Positions 1-9,144 of a DNA stretch of 64,000 nt are shown one piece after another. The DNA is taken from the NCBI GenBank assembly GCA_963713955.1, contig OY970216.1, positions 209,934 to 273,933 on the forward strand. Direction: 5' to 3'. This DNA comes from an uncultured bacterium. GTDB taxonomy: Bacteria; Patescibacteriota; Minisyncoccia; UBA6257; GWB1-50-10. How positions within the stretch are numbered: position 1 is the stretch's first letter; every line of letters starts with the position of its first letter. The position numbers and the translations under genes are program-made. The notes beneath the pieces are model-generated. The model saw only the letters and a program-made list of their open reading frames with translations, ran no database searches and was not told the origin of the DNA.

Positions 1-570
1 GTATCCGCCGAGTTCCACGTCGGCTTTGACCATCACGGAATCATACCCCTGGAGAATTGCGTAGAGGGATTCCAGGACCATGACGTCGCCGCCCGCATTG
101 ATGCGTTTCTCGAAATCTTCCCGTTTCATGATTTGGCTGATGCTTACCGCTTTGGTGATGGAAAGAAAGTTTTTCAAGCTTTTCCCGTGCCATTCGCTGT
201 TGTACCGGACCTCGGCCTTCTTGATGTCGATGACTTTTCCGGCCTGCTCGAGGTAGTGTTTCATGTTCGATTTTACTTCCTTTTCGGTAAGCGGTTTCCG
301 TTCGGCCGATTGCCCCGACGGGTCGCCGATTTGCGCCGTGAAATCGCCGATAATGAGAACCGCCTTATGTCCCAGTTCCTGGAATTCGCGAAGTTTCAAA
401 AGGGGAACGGTGTGTCCCAAATGGATATCCGGCTTCGTCGGATCGATGCCGAATTTCACGCGGAGTTTTCTGCCCGAGTTGAGTCTCTTGACGAGGCTTT
501 CCTTCTCGATGATTTCCTCAACCCCGCGATTCAAAACCCTTCGGATCAAATCATTTTTATCCTGTTCCAT
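1..570 (-). CDS. tyrS: Tyrosyl-tRNA synthetase, N-terminal 190 aa; C-terminus lies beyond the window start. Not in the ORF track because the ORF is open-ended.
   Basis: Minus-strand translation from ATG (revcomp cat 568-570) reads MEQDKN...KFGIDPTKPDIHLGHTVPL...LIIGDFTAQIGDPSG...KADVELGGY. The HIGH-like, GDFTA..GDP and KADVELGG(TDQ) motifs mark class I TyrRS. Open with no stops to position 1. Confidence 0.85.
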   Translation of the reverse strand, partial: MEQDKNDLIRRVLNRGVEEIIEKESLVKRLNSGRKLRVKFGIDPTKPDIHLGHTVPLLKLREFQELGHKAVLIIGDFTAQIGDPSGQSAERKPLTEKEVKSNMKHYLEQAGKVIDIKKAEVRYNSEWHGKSLKNFLSITKAVSISQIMKREDFEKRINAGGDVMVLESLYAILQGYDSVMVKADVELGGY

Positions 571-673
571 TGCCTCAATTTTAGCAGAAAATTATCTCTA
601 TTGCATTTATTTGTCAAAGATAAGGTCTTGTTGCAATTTTGAAGACGATAGGTCATTCCTCAAAATATTTAGA

Positions 674-705
674 GCCGGGCGGTAAGCCGCTCGGCCCTTT
701 TTTTC
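674..705 (+). terminator. Rho-independent terminator-like hairpin: gccgggcgg-taa-gccgctcggc, followed by c7T run.
   Basis: A 9-bp GC-rich stem (one G.U pair) followed by ccttttttt. No obvious + strand gene lies upstream in the window, so function is uncertain. It may end a transcript coming from the minus-strand side. Confidence 0.35.
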
Positions 706-1066
706 GCTAGCGAGATTTTCTATCTGTGAGCTAAATTCACTGAAGGGCGAATCCAGCTCTTGATCCTTACTCGCCGTCGAGGACATCTTCGCCACCGCAG
801 CTACTCTGCGTCATGTGGAGATACGCCATGCGTTCTGATCCCAGTAGGACCAGCTCGCGGAGCTGAAACACGAGTGGCGTCAGCTCGGCTTGCTTATCCA
901 TCTTATTCACTCCTTTCTTTGGCAAGCTGCCATTCTTATTTTAGAACTCTTTTATCTTATTATCAATGGTATGTAAATCTGGGAGTCTATTAAACTCTCG
1001 AGCGGCGCGGAGGGTAGTCACACCGCAATTTATCTGTCGCGGTTGTGATATAATGAATGCGCTCAT

Positions 1067-2443
1067 ATGGAAAGGGATTATGTAAAAGCAATTAAATATG
1101 CGACCAAGATTCTTGATTCTTGGTTGCCCTGGAAAATCCAGTATGACTCTGTTCCGGGTCTTGCTGTTGGTATCATTTATAATGGGAGACTTGTCTACCA
1201 AGAAGGTTTTGGATATGCAGACGTTGAATCGAAAGTTTTAGTAACGCCGAAAACTTGTTTTCGGATCGCTTCACTTTCCAAGACCTTTACTGCGACTGCC
1301 GTTATGCAATTGGTTGAGGAAGGCAAGCTCAGTCTCGATGATCAAGTAGAAAAGTATCTTCCGTGGTTTAAAGTACGAGCCAGCGATTTCGATTCGGCCC
1401 ATATAACCATTCGTCAGATACTTTCTCATACGGGTGGCATATGGAGAGACGGCAACATACCACGTTGGAAGAGTGACGATTTCCCCGATCTTGCCGGATT
1501 GAAAAAATCGATTTCTCCGGAAACTCTTGTATTCGAAAACTCAACACGGTTTAAATACTCAAATTTTGGTTTCGCATTGCTTGGCGAAGTTATCAAGGAA
1601 GTTAGCGATCTCAATTATGGTGAGTATGTATCAAAGCATATAATCAAGAAAATTGGCATGGAGCGAACAATTCCCGATCTCAAAGGAGAGCATGAAGATT
1701 GGTTTGCCAAAGGGTATTCTTATCCCATACCAAAGAAGGAGCGCAAGGCAGTTCCTTATTCTGAGGTAAAGGCATACGCCCCGGCTATCGGCTTTATATC
1801 AAACGTTCCCGATCTCGCGAAATACCTCGCTGCCATGTCTTTAAGACGGAAGAAATCTAATGTTTTGGTGGGTAGAGAGTCAAAGAAGGAAATGATGAGA
1901 GAGCATTGGGCTACCGATGAGGAAAATATATCATATGGACTGGGATTCTATATCCAGGAAATTGAAGGGAGAAAAGTTGTGGGGCATGGAGGCGGTTTTA
2001 ATGGATTCACTGCCCGAATTTCTCTTGATGTGGAAAATGATATTGGAGTAATTACTCTCGCCAATACCAATGATGGTTCTTGCATTTCAATTAATACTGG
2101 AATTTTCGAAACCATATACGAATTCATTGACAGGAGTAATAAATACAGCCGAGGGAAGAAAATTATTAGTCAAGAGAAGTTCGAGGGAGTATATCGTTCG
2201 CAATGGGATGACGTAATCGTTGTCGGCATTGATACCGTCCTTATTACTTTCAGGCCGAGATCGAACTCGCCCGTGAAGAGCGGGACACTGCTAAAAAGCG
2301 TGGCGAAGAACAAATTTTTAATGGAGACGGGATTCAATTTTGATTCCCCCGGCGAAATTGCCCATTTTATTTTCGAGCACAGAGCGAAGCGAGCGACCAA
2401 CGTTGTGTTTGGGGTAAAACCGTACGGGCGGTTAGAGGAATGA
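1067..2443 (+). CDS. Serine hydrolase of the beta-lactamase/PBP4-like family (class C beta-lactamase fold).
   Basis: 458 aa. Carries the S-x-x-K active-site motif ASLSKTF in the expected N-terminal context (FRIASLSKTFTATAVMQLVEEGKL). Also has YSNFGFALLG and HGGG-like (GHGGGFNG) elements typical of the family. Confidence 0.7.
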   Translation: MERDYVKAIKYATKILDSWLPWKIQYDSVPGLAVGIIYNGRLVYQEGFGYADVESKVLVTPKTCFRIASLSKTFTATAVMQLVEEGKLSLDDQVEKYLPWFKVRASDFDSAHITIRQILSHTGGIWRDGNIPRWKSDDFPDLAGLKKSISPETLVFENSTRFKYSNFGFALLGEVIKEVSDLNYGEYVSKHIIKKIGMERTIPDLKGEHEDWFAKGYSYPIPKKERKAVPYSEVKAYAPAIGFISNVPDLAKYLAAMSLRRKKSNVLVGRESKKEMMREHWATDEENISYGLGFYIQEIEGRKVVGHGGGFNGFTARISLDVENDIGVITLANTNDGSCISINTGIFETIYEFIDRSNKYSRGKKIISQEKFEGVYRSQWDDVIVVGIDTVLITFRPRSNSPVKSGTLLKSVAKNKFLMETGFNFDSPGEIAHFIFEHRAKRATNVVFGVKPYGRLEE

Positions 2444-2606
2444 GAGGTGAGAAATTTTGTGGGGCACGAGTATTCCATCGGGGTTGAATTCACCCCCGAG
2501 ACACTTTGACAATAAATTAAACAAGTGTTTTAATTGTTATTAGCATAAACAGGAACTATTTTGTTCTAGAAAAATCTTGAAATCATTAATATAAGGAGGA
2601 TTGAAA

Positions 2607-3593
2607 ATGAGTGAAAAGCCAGAATCCCGTCTGCTTGTGATTACGAGAGCGAAGGATGTGACAGCAGATCACGTGCTCCATCGGATGGCCGACCGAAACA
2701 TTTCTTACCTTCGTCTGAATGCCGAAAACTTCGAAGAAGCTGAGATTGCCTTGCAATTTCCGAATGTCCACGATTCTGTTCTTTCTATTGACCGTACGCG
2801 CGTTGCCATTGGTGAAATACAAGGGGTGTGGTTGCGGCGCCTCGTCAAACCAAAGGCATCCCAGATCCCCGAGTCGGAAGCAGAGGCACGGGTTTTTGCC
2901 GAGTCCGAGCTGGATTTCACGCTCCGTTGGTTTATCGACTTACTCAGCAACTATTGCCTCATTCTCGACGGCGAAGCAAATGTCTTGGAGGGACGGAATA
3001 AATTTGATCAGCTGGCCATCGCGGAAACGTTCGGTTTCCGTATTCCAGTAACCCTCGTTACTAATGACCCGGTGGTTGCAAAAGATTTTGTTGAACGACA
3101 TAAGACGGTTGCAATCAAGAGTGTTGCTGGATACGGACATCAAGTCGATGGTGGTTTTTATACGGTTTATACGAATATCGTTACGAAAGATGTCCTTGAT
3201 CGATTTGAATCTATCCGCGCGGCTCCGGTTTGCCTCCAAGAATATATCGAAAAGGCATTTGAGTTACGGATCACTGTGGTAGGGCAACAGGTGTTTAGTT
3301 GCCGAATTGATTCTCAAAGCACGGAACGGACGCAAACGGATTGGCGCCGACGTGATCGTGCAACACCCTATTCGGTATACGGCACCGATCATGAGTTAAG
3401 TGATCAACTCATTGCGATGATGAAGCACTACAGCGTCCGTTTTGCTTCGTTTGATCTGATCGTAACCCCAGATGGACAGACTATTTTTTTGGAGATGAAT
3501 CCGGCTACCCAATTTCTATGGATTGAGGAATTAACTGGAATGCCGATTACCGATGCTATTATTGACGAACTTCTCGTCCAATGTCGAGAATAG
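2607..3593 (+). CDS. ATP-grasp domain protein resembling RiPP (graspetide/microviridin-type) maturases. The preferred ATG is at 2607, 6 nt after RBS aaggagga; the ORF track starts at TTG 2601.
   Basis: N-terminus LLVITRAKDVTADHVLHRMADRNISYLRLNAENF resembles MdnB/MdnC-family maturase N-termini. C-terminal ATP-grasp motif FASFDLIVTPDGQTIFLEMNPATQFLWIEE. Upstream promoter-like ttgaca..N..attgtt. Confidence 0.5.
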   Translation: MSEKPESRLLVITRAKDVTADHVLHRMADRNISYLRLNAENFEEAEIALQFPNVHDSVLSIDRTRVAIGEIQGVWLRRLVKPKASQIPESEAEARVFAESELDFTLRWFIDLLSNYCLILDGEANVLEGRNKFDQLAIAETFGFRIPVTLVTNDPVVAKDFVERHKTVAIKSVAGYGHQVDGGFYTVYTNIVTKDVLDRFESIRAAPVCLQEYIEKAFELRITVVGQQVFSCRIDSQSTERTQTDWRRRDRATPYSVYGTDHELSDQLIAMMKHYSVRFASFDLIVTPDGQTIFLEMNPATQFLWIEELTGMPITDAIIDELLVQCRE

Positions 3594-3666
3594 CGAATTT
3601 CAGCGATGAGTCGAGAATGAGTGCTGGACAATCCCAAAGGATAAGAAAAAAGAAAGGAGATGGATC

Positions 3667-3876
3667 ACAGTGGTTATGATGTTTGGATCCCTAGAAAGAG
3701 TCATATCCATTATCGAAGGTAGGAACGGAGACGTGGATATTCTGACCCAAAGAGAGAAATCCGAGGAGTCCGATTCGGAAATCTTCGATGCCATATTGCG
3801 GGAGGCAGAGAGTTCTTCACAAAAGAACTCTGCGAGCCGCTATGGCGATGGACCTGGCCTGCCATGTTGCGGATAA
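3667..3876 (+). CDS. Small hypothetical ORF (68-70 aa) immediately downstream of the ATP-grasp gene. Speculative precursor peptide.
   Basis: RBS-like aaaggaga lies 9 nt before GTG 3667 (ATG at 3670). Acidic, Ser/Thr-rich middle (TQREKSEESDSEIFDAILREAESSSQKNSAS) and C-terminus GDGPGLPCCG. Followed directly by a strong hairpin terminator. Confidence 0.25.
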   Translation, partial: TVVMMFGSLERVISIIEGRNGDVDILTQREKSEESDSEIFDAILREAESSSQKNSASRYGDGPGLPCCG

Positions 3877-3884
3877 ACTACTTG

Positions 3885-3927
3885 GAGTCGACGAGGGGAA
3901 CCCCCACGTCGACTCTTTTATTTTTTC
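3885..3927. terminator. Hairpin gagtcgacg-aggggaaccccc-acgtcgactc plus ttttatttttt. A rho-independent terminator shared by convergent genes.
   Basis: Perfect 9-bp stem plus T-run on the + strand. It abuts the clpP stop (3918) on the other strand. Confidence 0.55.
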
Positions 3928-4502
3928 GTCCGTATGATTTCGTCTATGAGGCCGTATTCCTTGGCTTCTTGGGGCGTAAGATAAAAATCCCGATCGGTGT
4001 CGCGCTCTATCTTGTCTATTCTTTGTCCGGTGTGTTTAGCCAAAACCTGGTTTATTTTCTCCTTTATCTTGATGATGTGCTTGGCCGTTATCTCGATTTC
4101 AATTGCTTGGCCTTCCGCGCCGCCCATAACCTGGTGGAGAAGTATCTCGGAATTGGGGAGTGCGAATCTTTTGCCTTTCTGACCGGCGCTTAGGAGCACT
4201 GCCCCCATCGAGGCAGCCATCCCGATGCAGATTGTGGATACCGGGGCCTTGACATGCTGCATCGTGTCGTAGATTGCGAGTCCCGCCGTGACCGATCCGC
4301 CGGGAGTGTTCAAATAGAGCTTGATGTCTTTTTTGGAATCCTCGTGATCCAGAAAAAGGAGCTGGGCGATTACGCTGTTCGCGACGTCGTCCATGATGGG
4401 GCCGCCGAGGAAGACGATCCGCTCCATGAGGAGGCGGGAGTAGATATCGTAGGCCCGTTCGCCGTACGACGATTTTTCAATGACGGTTGGTATGAGATTC
4501 AT
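3918..4502 (-). CDS. clpP: ATP-dependent Clp protease proteolytic subunit ClpP.
   Basis: 194 aa. [16 protein letters not shown]..., [15 protein letters not shown]..., catalytic Ser context [20 protein letters not shown]. Canonical ClpP. Confidence 0.95.
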   Translation of the reverse strand: MNLIPTVIEKSSYGERAYDIYSRLLMERIVFLGGPIMDDVANSVIAQLLFLDHEDSKKDIKLYLNTPGGSVTAGLAIYDTMQHVKAPVSTICIGMAASMGAVLLSAGQKGKRFALPNSEILLHQVMGGAEGQAIEIEITAKHIIKIKEKINQVLAKHTGQRIDKIERDTDRDFYLTPQEAKEYGLIDEIIRTKK

Positions 4503-4589
4503 CCCGTTAGAAATTTAAAAATTTATTGCGACTGCAAAATTCAGGCCCCGCCGATAACCAAAGTGGATTTCTAGCGGGATTCATACGGA

Positions 4590-5090
4590 TTAGTATACAG
4601 AAAGAGTAATCTGCTTTGCAACAAAGCTGCCGGACGTCCTGATGTTTGAATCAGTGGTGATTACAACGACGTCGCCGCTCTTGAGGTCGGAAACGCTGAG
4701 GGAAGATTGAAGGGGCATTCCGGATTTATTCATTTTCGAATAATCCAATTTCACTATTTTCGTATTTTGATCGATAACTACCGTTTTCGCGACTTGCTTC
4801 TTGGGAGAGTTATCAAGGTGTGGAAGGTAGTCGCTTGGATCGTCCATCGAAATCGTAAGGTTGTTGCCCTGTATGCTTGTTATTTTGGTTCTCACTTGTG
4901 TAAGTACTGCCGGCGGCTCTGGAAAAGCCGCGTTTACTATCGGCTGGTATTTGGCTTCCGTCGCCGACGTGCCAGCCTGCTTGCCGTTCTCATTTCCGAT
5001 CCAGAATCCTATCAGAAATACGGCAACCGCTACCACGATACTCCCGACCGTTAAGATCGCTATTTTGTTTTTTGATTGTATTGGTTCCAT
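4590..5090 (-). CDS. Membrane-anchored hypothetical protein (one N-terminal TM helix, extracytoplasmic domain).
   Basis: 166 aa. Hydrophobic ILTVGSIVVAVAVFLIGFWIG near the N-terminus. No recognisable catalytic motif. Confidence 0.45.
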   Translation of the reverse strand: MEPIQSKNKIAILTVGSIVVAVAVFLIGFWIGNENGKQAGTSATEAKYQPIVNAAFPEPPAVLTQVRTKITSIQGNNLTISMDDPSDYLPHLDNSPKKQVAKTVVIDQNTKIVKLDYSKMNKSGMPLQSSLSVSDLKSGDVVVITTDSNIRTSGSFVAKQITLSVY

Positions 5091-5241
5091 ACCCTCTATT
5101 ATAGCACACGTATACCAAGAAAGTCTTCCAGTTTTCCCCTTAGAGGTGGTCCCGCCTCAAGGCCTTTTGAGCGCGCACGCGCGGGCGTGGTCTCTAACGG
5201 GGTGAATGTGCTATAATCTTTATGAGCTAAGAAAGTTTGCC

Positions 5242-6291
5242 ATGAAGAAACTATTTTCAAACCCGCTTTTCCATCTGGCTATTATCCTCTTTGTGGTTTT
5301 GGGATTGGAGGGGTACTTGATGGTTCATGCGCAATATATGCCGCCGGCAAACCAGCCGCCGTTTGATAGTTCTTATCCGCCACTTGATACGGGTTCTTCT
5401 CTACAGACCAAGTCAGGAAGCTTGGTGGTAGGCAATTCGTCTCAGGCGTTGCGGTTGCAATTGTCGCCAGCGGGCATTCAATGGGTTGACAGTAACGGCA
5501 ATGTAAGTAGTTCTATGACTTATGACATTAATCTGCAGGGCATAAGGGTAACTGCTGGGGGTTACTCTTCGGTCTTGGGGTATAATTGGCAATCATCCAA
5601 CGGCGGAGCTCTCATTTCCAATGGACCTCTTGTCGTTGGTGCGTCTAATCCTAATTCAGTGTCCAGTTTGAGCAGTGGTAATTTGGTAATCCCTGATTTA
5701 TCTGTCGTTGGTCCGGATGGGTCAAGTAGTTTGAATTTTTACGCGAACCCGCTGGGAAATGAAAACAGGCAAGGCTTGGGGCCGGTTATTTTGTCAGGGG
5801 GGTATTTTTCGACAAATTCTATGCTCGCCAAAAACGGCAATACTGCCGTTACGGGTCCAGAGTCGGGCATATTTGTCAACCCGGCCGGTGGTTTTATTGC
5901 CCTGGGAACCAGTATAGGTAGCACAAAGGATAGTTCTTTCAGCAACAGCTCTCTGTATTTTGCTGGACCAGTGTTAAAAATCTATGCGAACGGAGATGTG
6001 GATGCTCTGCAGGGTTCAGTCGAGTATGCAAGACCACCGGACTCAGCCAATGCGAGTGTTTTCTCAAAAATTGTGGCCGGTGGCGTCTCCGCCAACAGCC
6101 AGTTAATGACGCAATTATATAACAATACGTCCACTTATAATAATGACGTCCAGATTGTTGATCAGTCGGGAAGCATGGTCGAAAACTGCCCCGATGGATA
6201 CTTTGTGAGCGGTGTTGCATTTGGTCACGGTAAAAATGATACCAAGGAGGCGATAATGCTAATGTGCGCGCGTATGTTCCCATCGTTTTAA
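5242..6291 (+). CDS. Secreted paralog 1 of a tandem three-gene family (N-motif DTGSSLQTKSGSL, C-terminal CPDGYFVSG...C).
   Basis: Signal-peptide-like MKKLFSNPLFHLAIILFVVLGLEGYLMVHAQ (start 5242 by codon arithmetic; the ORF track starts at 5206). Shares N- and C-terminal motifs with the next two ORFs. Confidence 0.6.
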   Translation: MKKLFSNPLFHLAIILFVVLGLEGYLMVHAQYMPPANQPPFDSSYPPLDTGSSLQTKSGSLVVGNSSQALRLQLSPAGIQWVDSNGNVSSSMTYDINLQGIRVTAGGYSSVLGYNWQSSNGGALISNGPLVVGASNPNSVSSLSSGNLVIPDLSVVGPDGSSSLNFYANPLGNENRQGLGPVILSGGYFSTNSMLAKNGNTAVTGPESGIFVNPAGGFIALGTSIGSTKDSSFSNSSLYFAGPVLKIYANGDVDALQGSVEYARPPDSANASVFSKIVAGGVSANSQLMTQLYNNTSTYNNDVQIVDQSGSMVENCPDGYFVSGVAFGHGKNDTKEAIMLMCARMFPSF

Positions 6292-6294
6292 GTT

Positions 6295-7791
6295 ATGAAA
6301 AATTATCTGCCAATATTTTTGTTCGTCATCCTGATGTCAATCGCGTTCGCCTTTATCGCGCAAGCGATCAATGTTCCGCTTGATACCTCTTCAGCACCGC
6401 AGTCCAAGGCTGGTTCTCTACATTTTACTTCTTCCAGTATGGATTCCTATATCGGTGATCTCACAGGAGGTGATGTGTTGGGATTTGGCAATGGCGGTTC
6501 TTACGCGACTCTGAGACTCTCCAATGGAGTGTTTAGTGTTTTTTCACCTGCCCTGAATCAAAACTCTGAGGTGCCATTGTGGTTTGCCACGACAACCGGA
6601 ATTTATACGCCCCAAAACCTGTTTGTCACCACGAGTTCACTCGTTGGCAGCATCCCGGCGGATGCCAGTTCTTTAGAGATTTTGGGATTCACCCCGCTGC
6701 CTCCCGATAGTGGTAGCTACTGCGGTAACCAGTCGTACGGCGACAGATTGTTCGGCTGTTCTTCCACGACGCCGAACGTAGGTCTTTATGGTAGCTCATC
6801 GTGGGGTGAGGGAGCGATACTCTTTAATTTGTTTGCGAGTTCAACGGACGGATATGCAGCTAATTGGCCGGTGTCACCGGTAAATGGTAATCAGTCTTCG
6901 TTTGGGATCCTATTTGGTAATGCGTTGGGCAACGGTTTGTCGATAAACGCGTCGGCGCCATTAACCCAGGCTCAAAAAGATAATCAGAAAACTATCAGGG
7001 ATGTCTGGCGTGCAGGGCTTATGCTTGGTTTTGACGGAAGTGCTGTTTTAGGTGCACCTCCGTCCAGCGCAGAATATGCTTTTGAGATAATAACGAATAA
7101 AACCTGCGATGTCGGCAGCGGATGTACCGGGTTTGTAAAGATTGCCTCGAGTTCAGAAGACTTCTTCCGGTATGGTACTTCTGTGACTGCTGGCTATCCG
7201 GCGTACTTCGGCGCAAGAGAAAACTATGCCAGCGGAACGATCGGCTATTGTGATGACTGTACGACAAGCAATTTGAAACCGGAATATAGGTACAAGCGAA
7301 TAATGCAGCCAGCTGATACTACCGTTCGCGCACTCGACGTAGATTTGCTGAATCCATCGTGGAGTAACTGGTGGACCAGTTCGGCGGATCAGGATTGGTT
7401 AAATACTTTAAATCAGTTGGGACAAGGTATCACATGTGCGGGTACTAATAGCAAAGCGGTAAGTCAAAACGGGGCAGGCGGCATTATATTCTGGCCGACG
7501 GGGAGCGTCATTTGTAATTATGCGGGCGGTGGAGCATCGGCGCAGAGGATTTTTGAAACAAGTAATACGAGCTCTCATTACCTTGAGCCAGACTGGACTG
7601 ATTATAATCATATGACAACGAATTCAAGTCCAACATTTTTCACGAATACGTGGGCAACATGCCCACCAGGCTATTTTGTAAAAGGTATCAAGTATGGTAA
7701 ACGCACGTTGGCAACAAAGGGAGGAAGTCTCTTGGGAGAGAATTATTACGACGGTATAGTCCCATCAATAATGTGCGACAGATTGTGGTAG
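6295..7791 (+). CDS. Secreted paralog 2 (N-motif DTSSAPQSKAGSL, C-terminal CPPGYFVKG...C).
   Basis: 498 aa. Signal peptide MKNYLPIFLFVILMSIAFAFIAQA. Ser/Gly/Thr-rich, many Cys. Conserved motifs shared with flanking paralogs. Separated by 4 nt from paralog 1. Confidence 0.6.
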   Translation: MKNYLPIFLFVILMSIAFAFIAQAINVPLDTSSAPQSKAGSLHFTSSSMDSYIGDLTGGDVLGFGNGGSYATLRLSNGVFSVFSPALNQNSEVPLWFATTTGIYTPQNLFVTTSSLVGSIPADASSLEILGFTPLPPDSGSYCGNQSYGDRLFGCSSTTPNVGLYGSSSWGEGAILFNLFASSTDGYAANWPVSPVNGNQSSFGILFGNALGNGLSINASAPLTQAQKDNQKTIRDVWRAGLMLGFDGSAVLGAPPSSAEYAFEIITNKTCDVGSGCTGFVKIASSSEDFFRYGTSVTAGYPAYFGARENYASGTIGYCDDCTTSNLKPEYRYKRIMQPADTTVRALDVDLLNPSWSNWWTSSADQDWLNTLNQLGQGITCAGTNSKAVSQNGAGGIIFWPTGSVICNYAGGGASAQRIFETSNTSSHYLEPDWTDYNHMTTNSSPTFFTNTWATCPPGYFVKGIKYGKRTLATKGGSLLGENYYDGIVPSIMCDRLW

Positions 7792-7809
7792 ACAAAAATA
7801 GCAAAAATT

Positions 7810-9138
7810 ATGAATACAAATAAAATCCTAACAATTTTCGCATCAGTTCTGCTAGTTGCCGTGCTTTTTACCTGGAGAGCTATGGCCTACAATGAGCCAA
7901 GCTATCCCGCACCAGGCGGATCGGTAAATTCGGCGATAGACACCGGCCCCTATGCCCAGAGTAAAAGCGGTCGGCTCGACATTAACATAAACGGGGGTGA
8001 TCTTGTTTTGTCTACGTCATCCATGCCCCAGATCCAGTTCAGCGACAGCGGAGGGGAGGGCATTTTAGAAATGGCCCAAATACCCAATGTTGGTTATGTT
8101 CCTTCGCTTCAATGGAGTACCAATCCGCCGGTGGCTTTAGCGGGTGAGTGGTATGTAACGTCGACTCAAGGTGGTACTATCTTCTCCTACTCACCTTATA
8201 ATGTTGGTATATCAATCCCGCCTTTTACTAGTGGTCCTTCTCAAAGCGCTCTCGGTGAGCTGGTGATGGGAGATGGGAGCAATGCTGGGCTGGTTCTCAA
8301 TGCGGGAAACGGTGGAAACTACATAACATACGGCGCTCATTATGATAATTCGTCAGCGAGTTTAGGTTGGATAGCTAACTCTTCTTCGGGAAATTATCAT
8401 CCGATGCAGATTTATTTCTCGGGAGACGGCAATCAGCTGGCCTTGAGAGTCGGAGATTCCCAACCTGATACCAGTGTACTATGGAAGAGTTCGCTGGCTA
8501 TTGATTCTTCGAATTCTACTATAACATTCAGTGATAGGTATGCAGGTACTGTCATGGGCCCTCATTTTGAATATATGCCGCAAAGCATTCCGTCCGGAGC
8601 GACCGCGACAGATTATACCCAGCAGTTCCTGAGTAGTAATCCTAACGTTAAATCTTATACCGATATATCGGGAAATAGATGTATGGCCTATACGGAGAAC
8701 TTTCCCACTATTATCTCTTCGCCTCCGTCTAACTTGTGCAATGCTTCTGACTTTGGGAAGGATATATATGCCTATCTCAACCATGCTCAGTATGATGAGA
8801 ACGATAACCTCACCTGTGGTCTCACGGCTTACTACCGGTGTGTCGCCGATCAACAGGATCCTCGGAATAACACTTCGAAACTTTACGTCGGTGTTTTGGA
8901 GTTGAAAGACCAAAAATGGAGCGGCACAGTGGAAGCGAGTACGACTATAAGTGGCGATGCGCTCGAATTGAAACTCGGCAATTCATATTACGATTCCTGG
9001 GTCATGTGTCCAAACGGCTATTTCTTGAGTGGAATACACACCTCTGTCTTAAGTAAATCAGGACAATCAACGAGTTACAATATAGTCAACGATGGAAAGA
9101 ATGTAAATGATGCTTACATAGAATGCAGCAAATTATAG
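7810..9138 (+). CDS. Secreted paralog 3 (N-motif DTGPYAQSKSGRL, C-terminal CPNGYFLSG...C).
   Basis: 442 aa. N-terminal hydrophobic ILTIFASVLLVAVLF. Same conserved terminal motifs as paralogs 1 and 2. Confidence 0.6.
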   Translation: MNTNKILTIFASVLLVAVLFTWRAMAYNEPSYPAPGGSVNSAIDTGPYAQSKSGRLDININGGDLVLSTSSMPQIQFSDSGGEGILEMAQIPNVGYVPSLQWSTNPPVALAGEWYVTSTQGGTIFSYSPYNVGISIPPFTSGPSQSALGELVMGDGSNAGLVLNAGNGGNYITYGAHYDNSSASLGWIANSSSGNYHPMQIYFSGDGNQLALRVGDSQPDTSVLWKSSLAIDSSNSTITFSDRYAGTVMGPHFEYMPQSIPSGATATDYTQQFLSSNPNVKSYTDISGNRCMAYTENFPTIISSPPSNLCNASDFGKDIYAYLNHAQYDENDNLTCGLTAYYRCVADQQDPRNNTSKLYVGVLELKDQKWSGTVEASTTISGDALELKLGNSYYDSWVMCPNGYFLSGIHTSVLSKSGQSTSYNIVNDGKNVNDAYIECSKL

Positions 9139-9144
9139 ATTTTT

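Noticed and set aside
133-685. ORFs 133-642 and 263-685 on the + strand (169 and 140 aa)
   Set aside because: They lie antisense to a continuous, motif-rich TyrRS reading frame on the minus strand (1-570). Their composition is low-complexity, so they were treated as shadow ORFs.
571-900. T-box leader upstream of tyrS (minus strand)
   Set aside because: I searched the minus-strand 5' region for the AAUUAGGGUGGNACCGCG T-box sequence and a terminator/antiterminator pair near the RBS. Neither was found, only a hairpin about 100 nt upstream.
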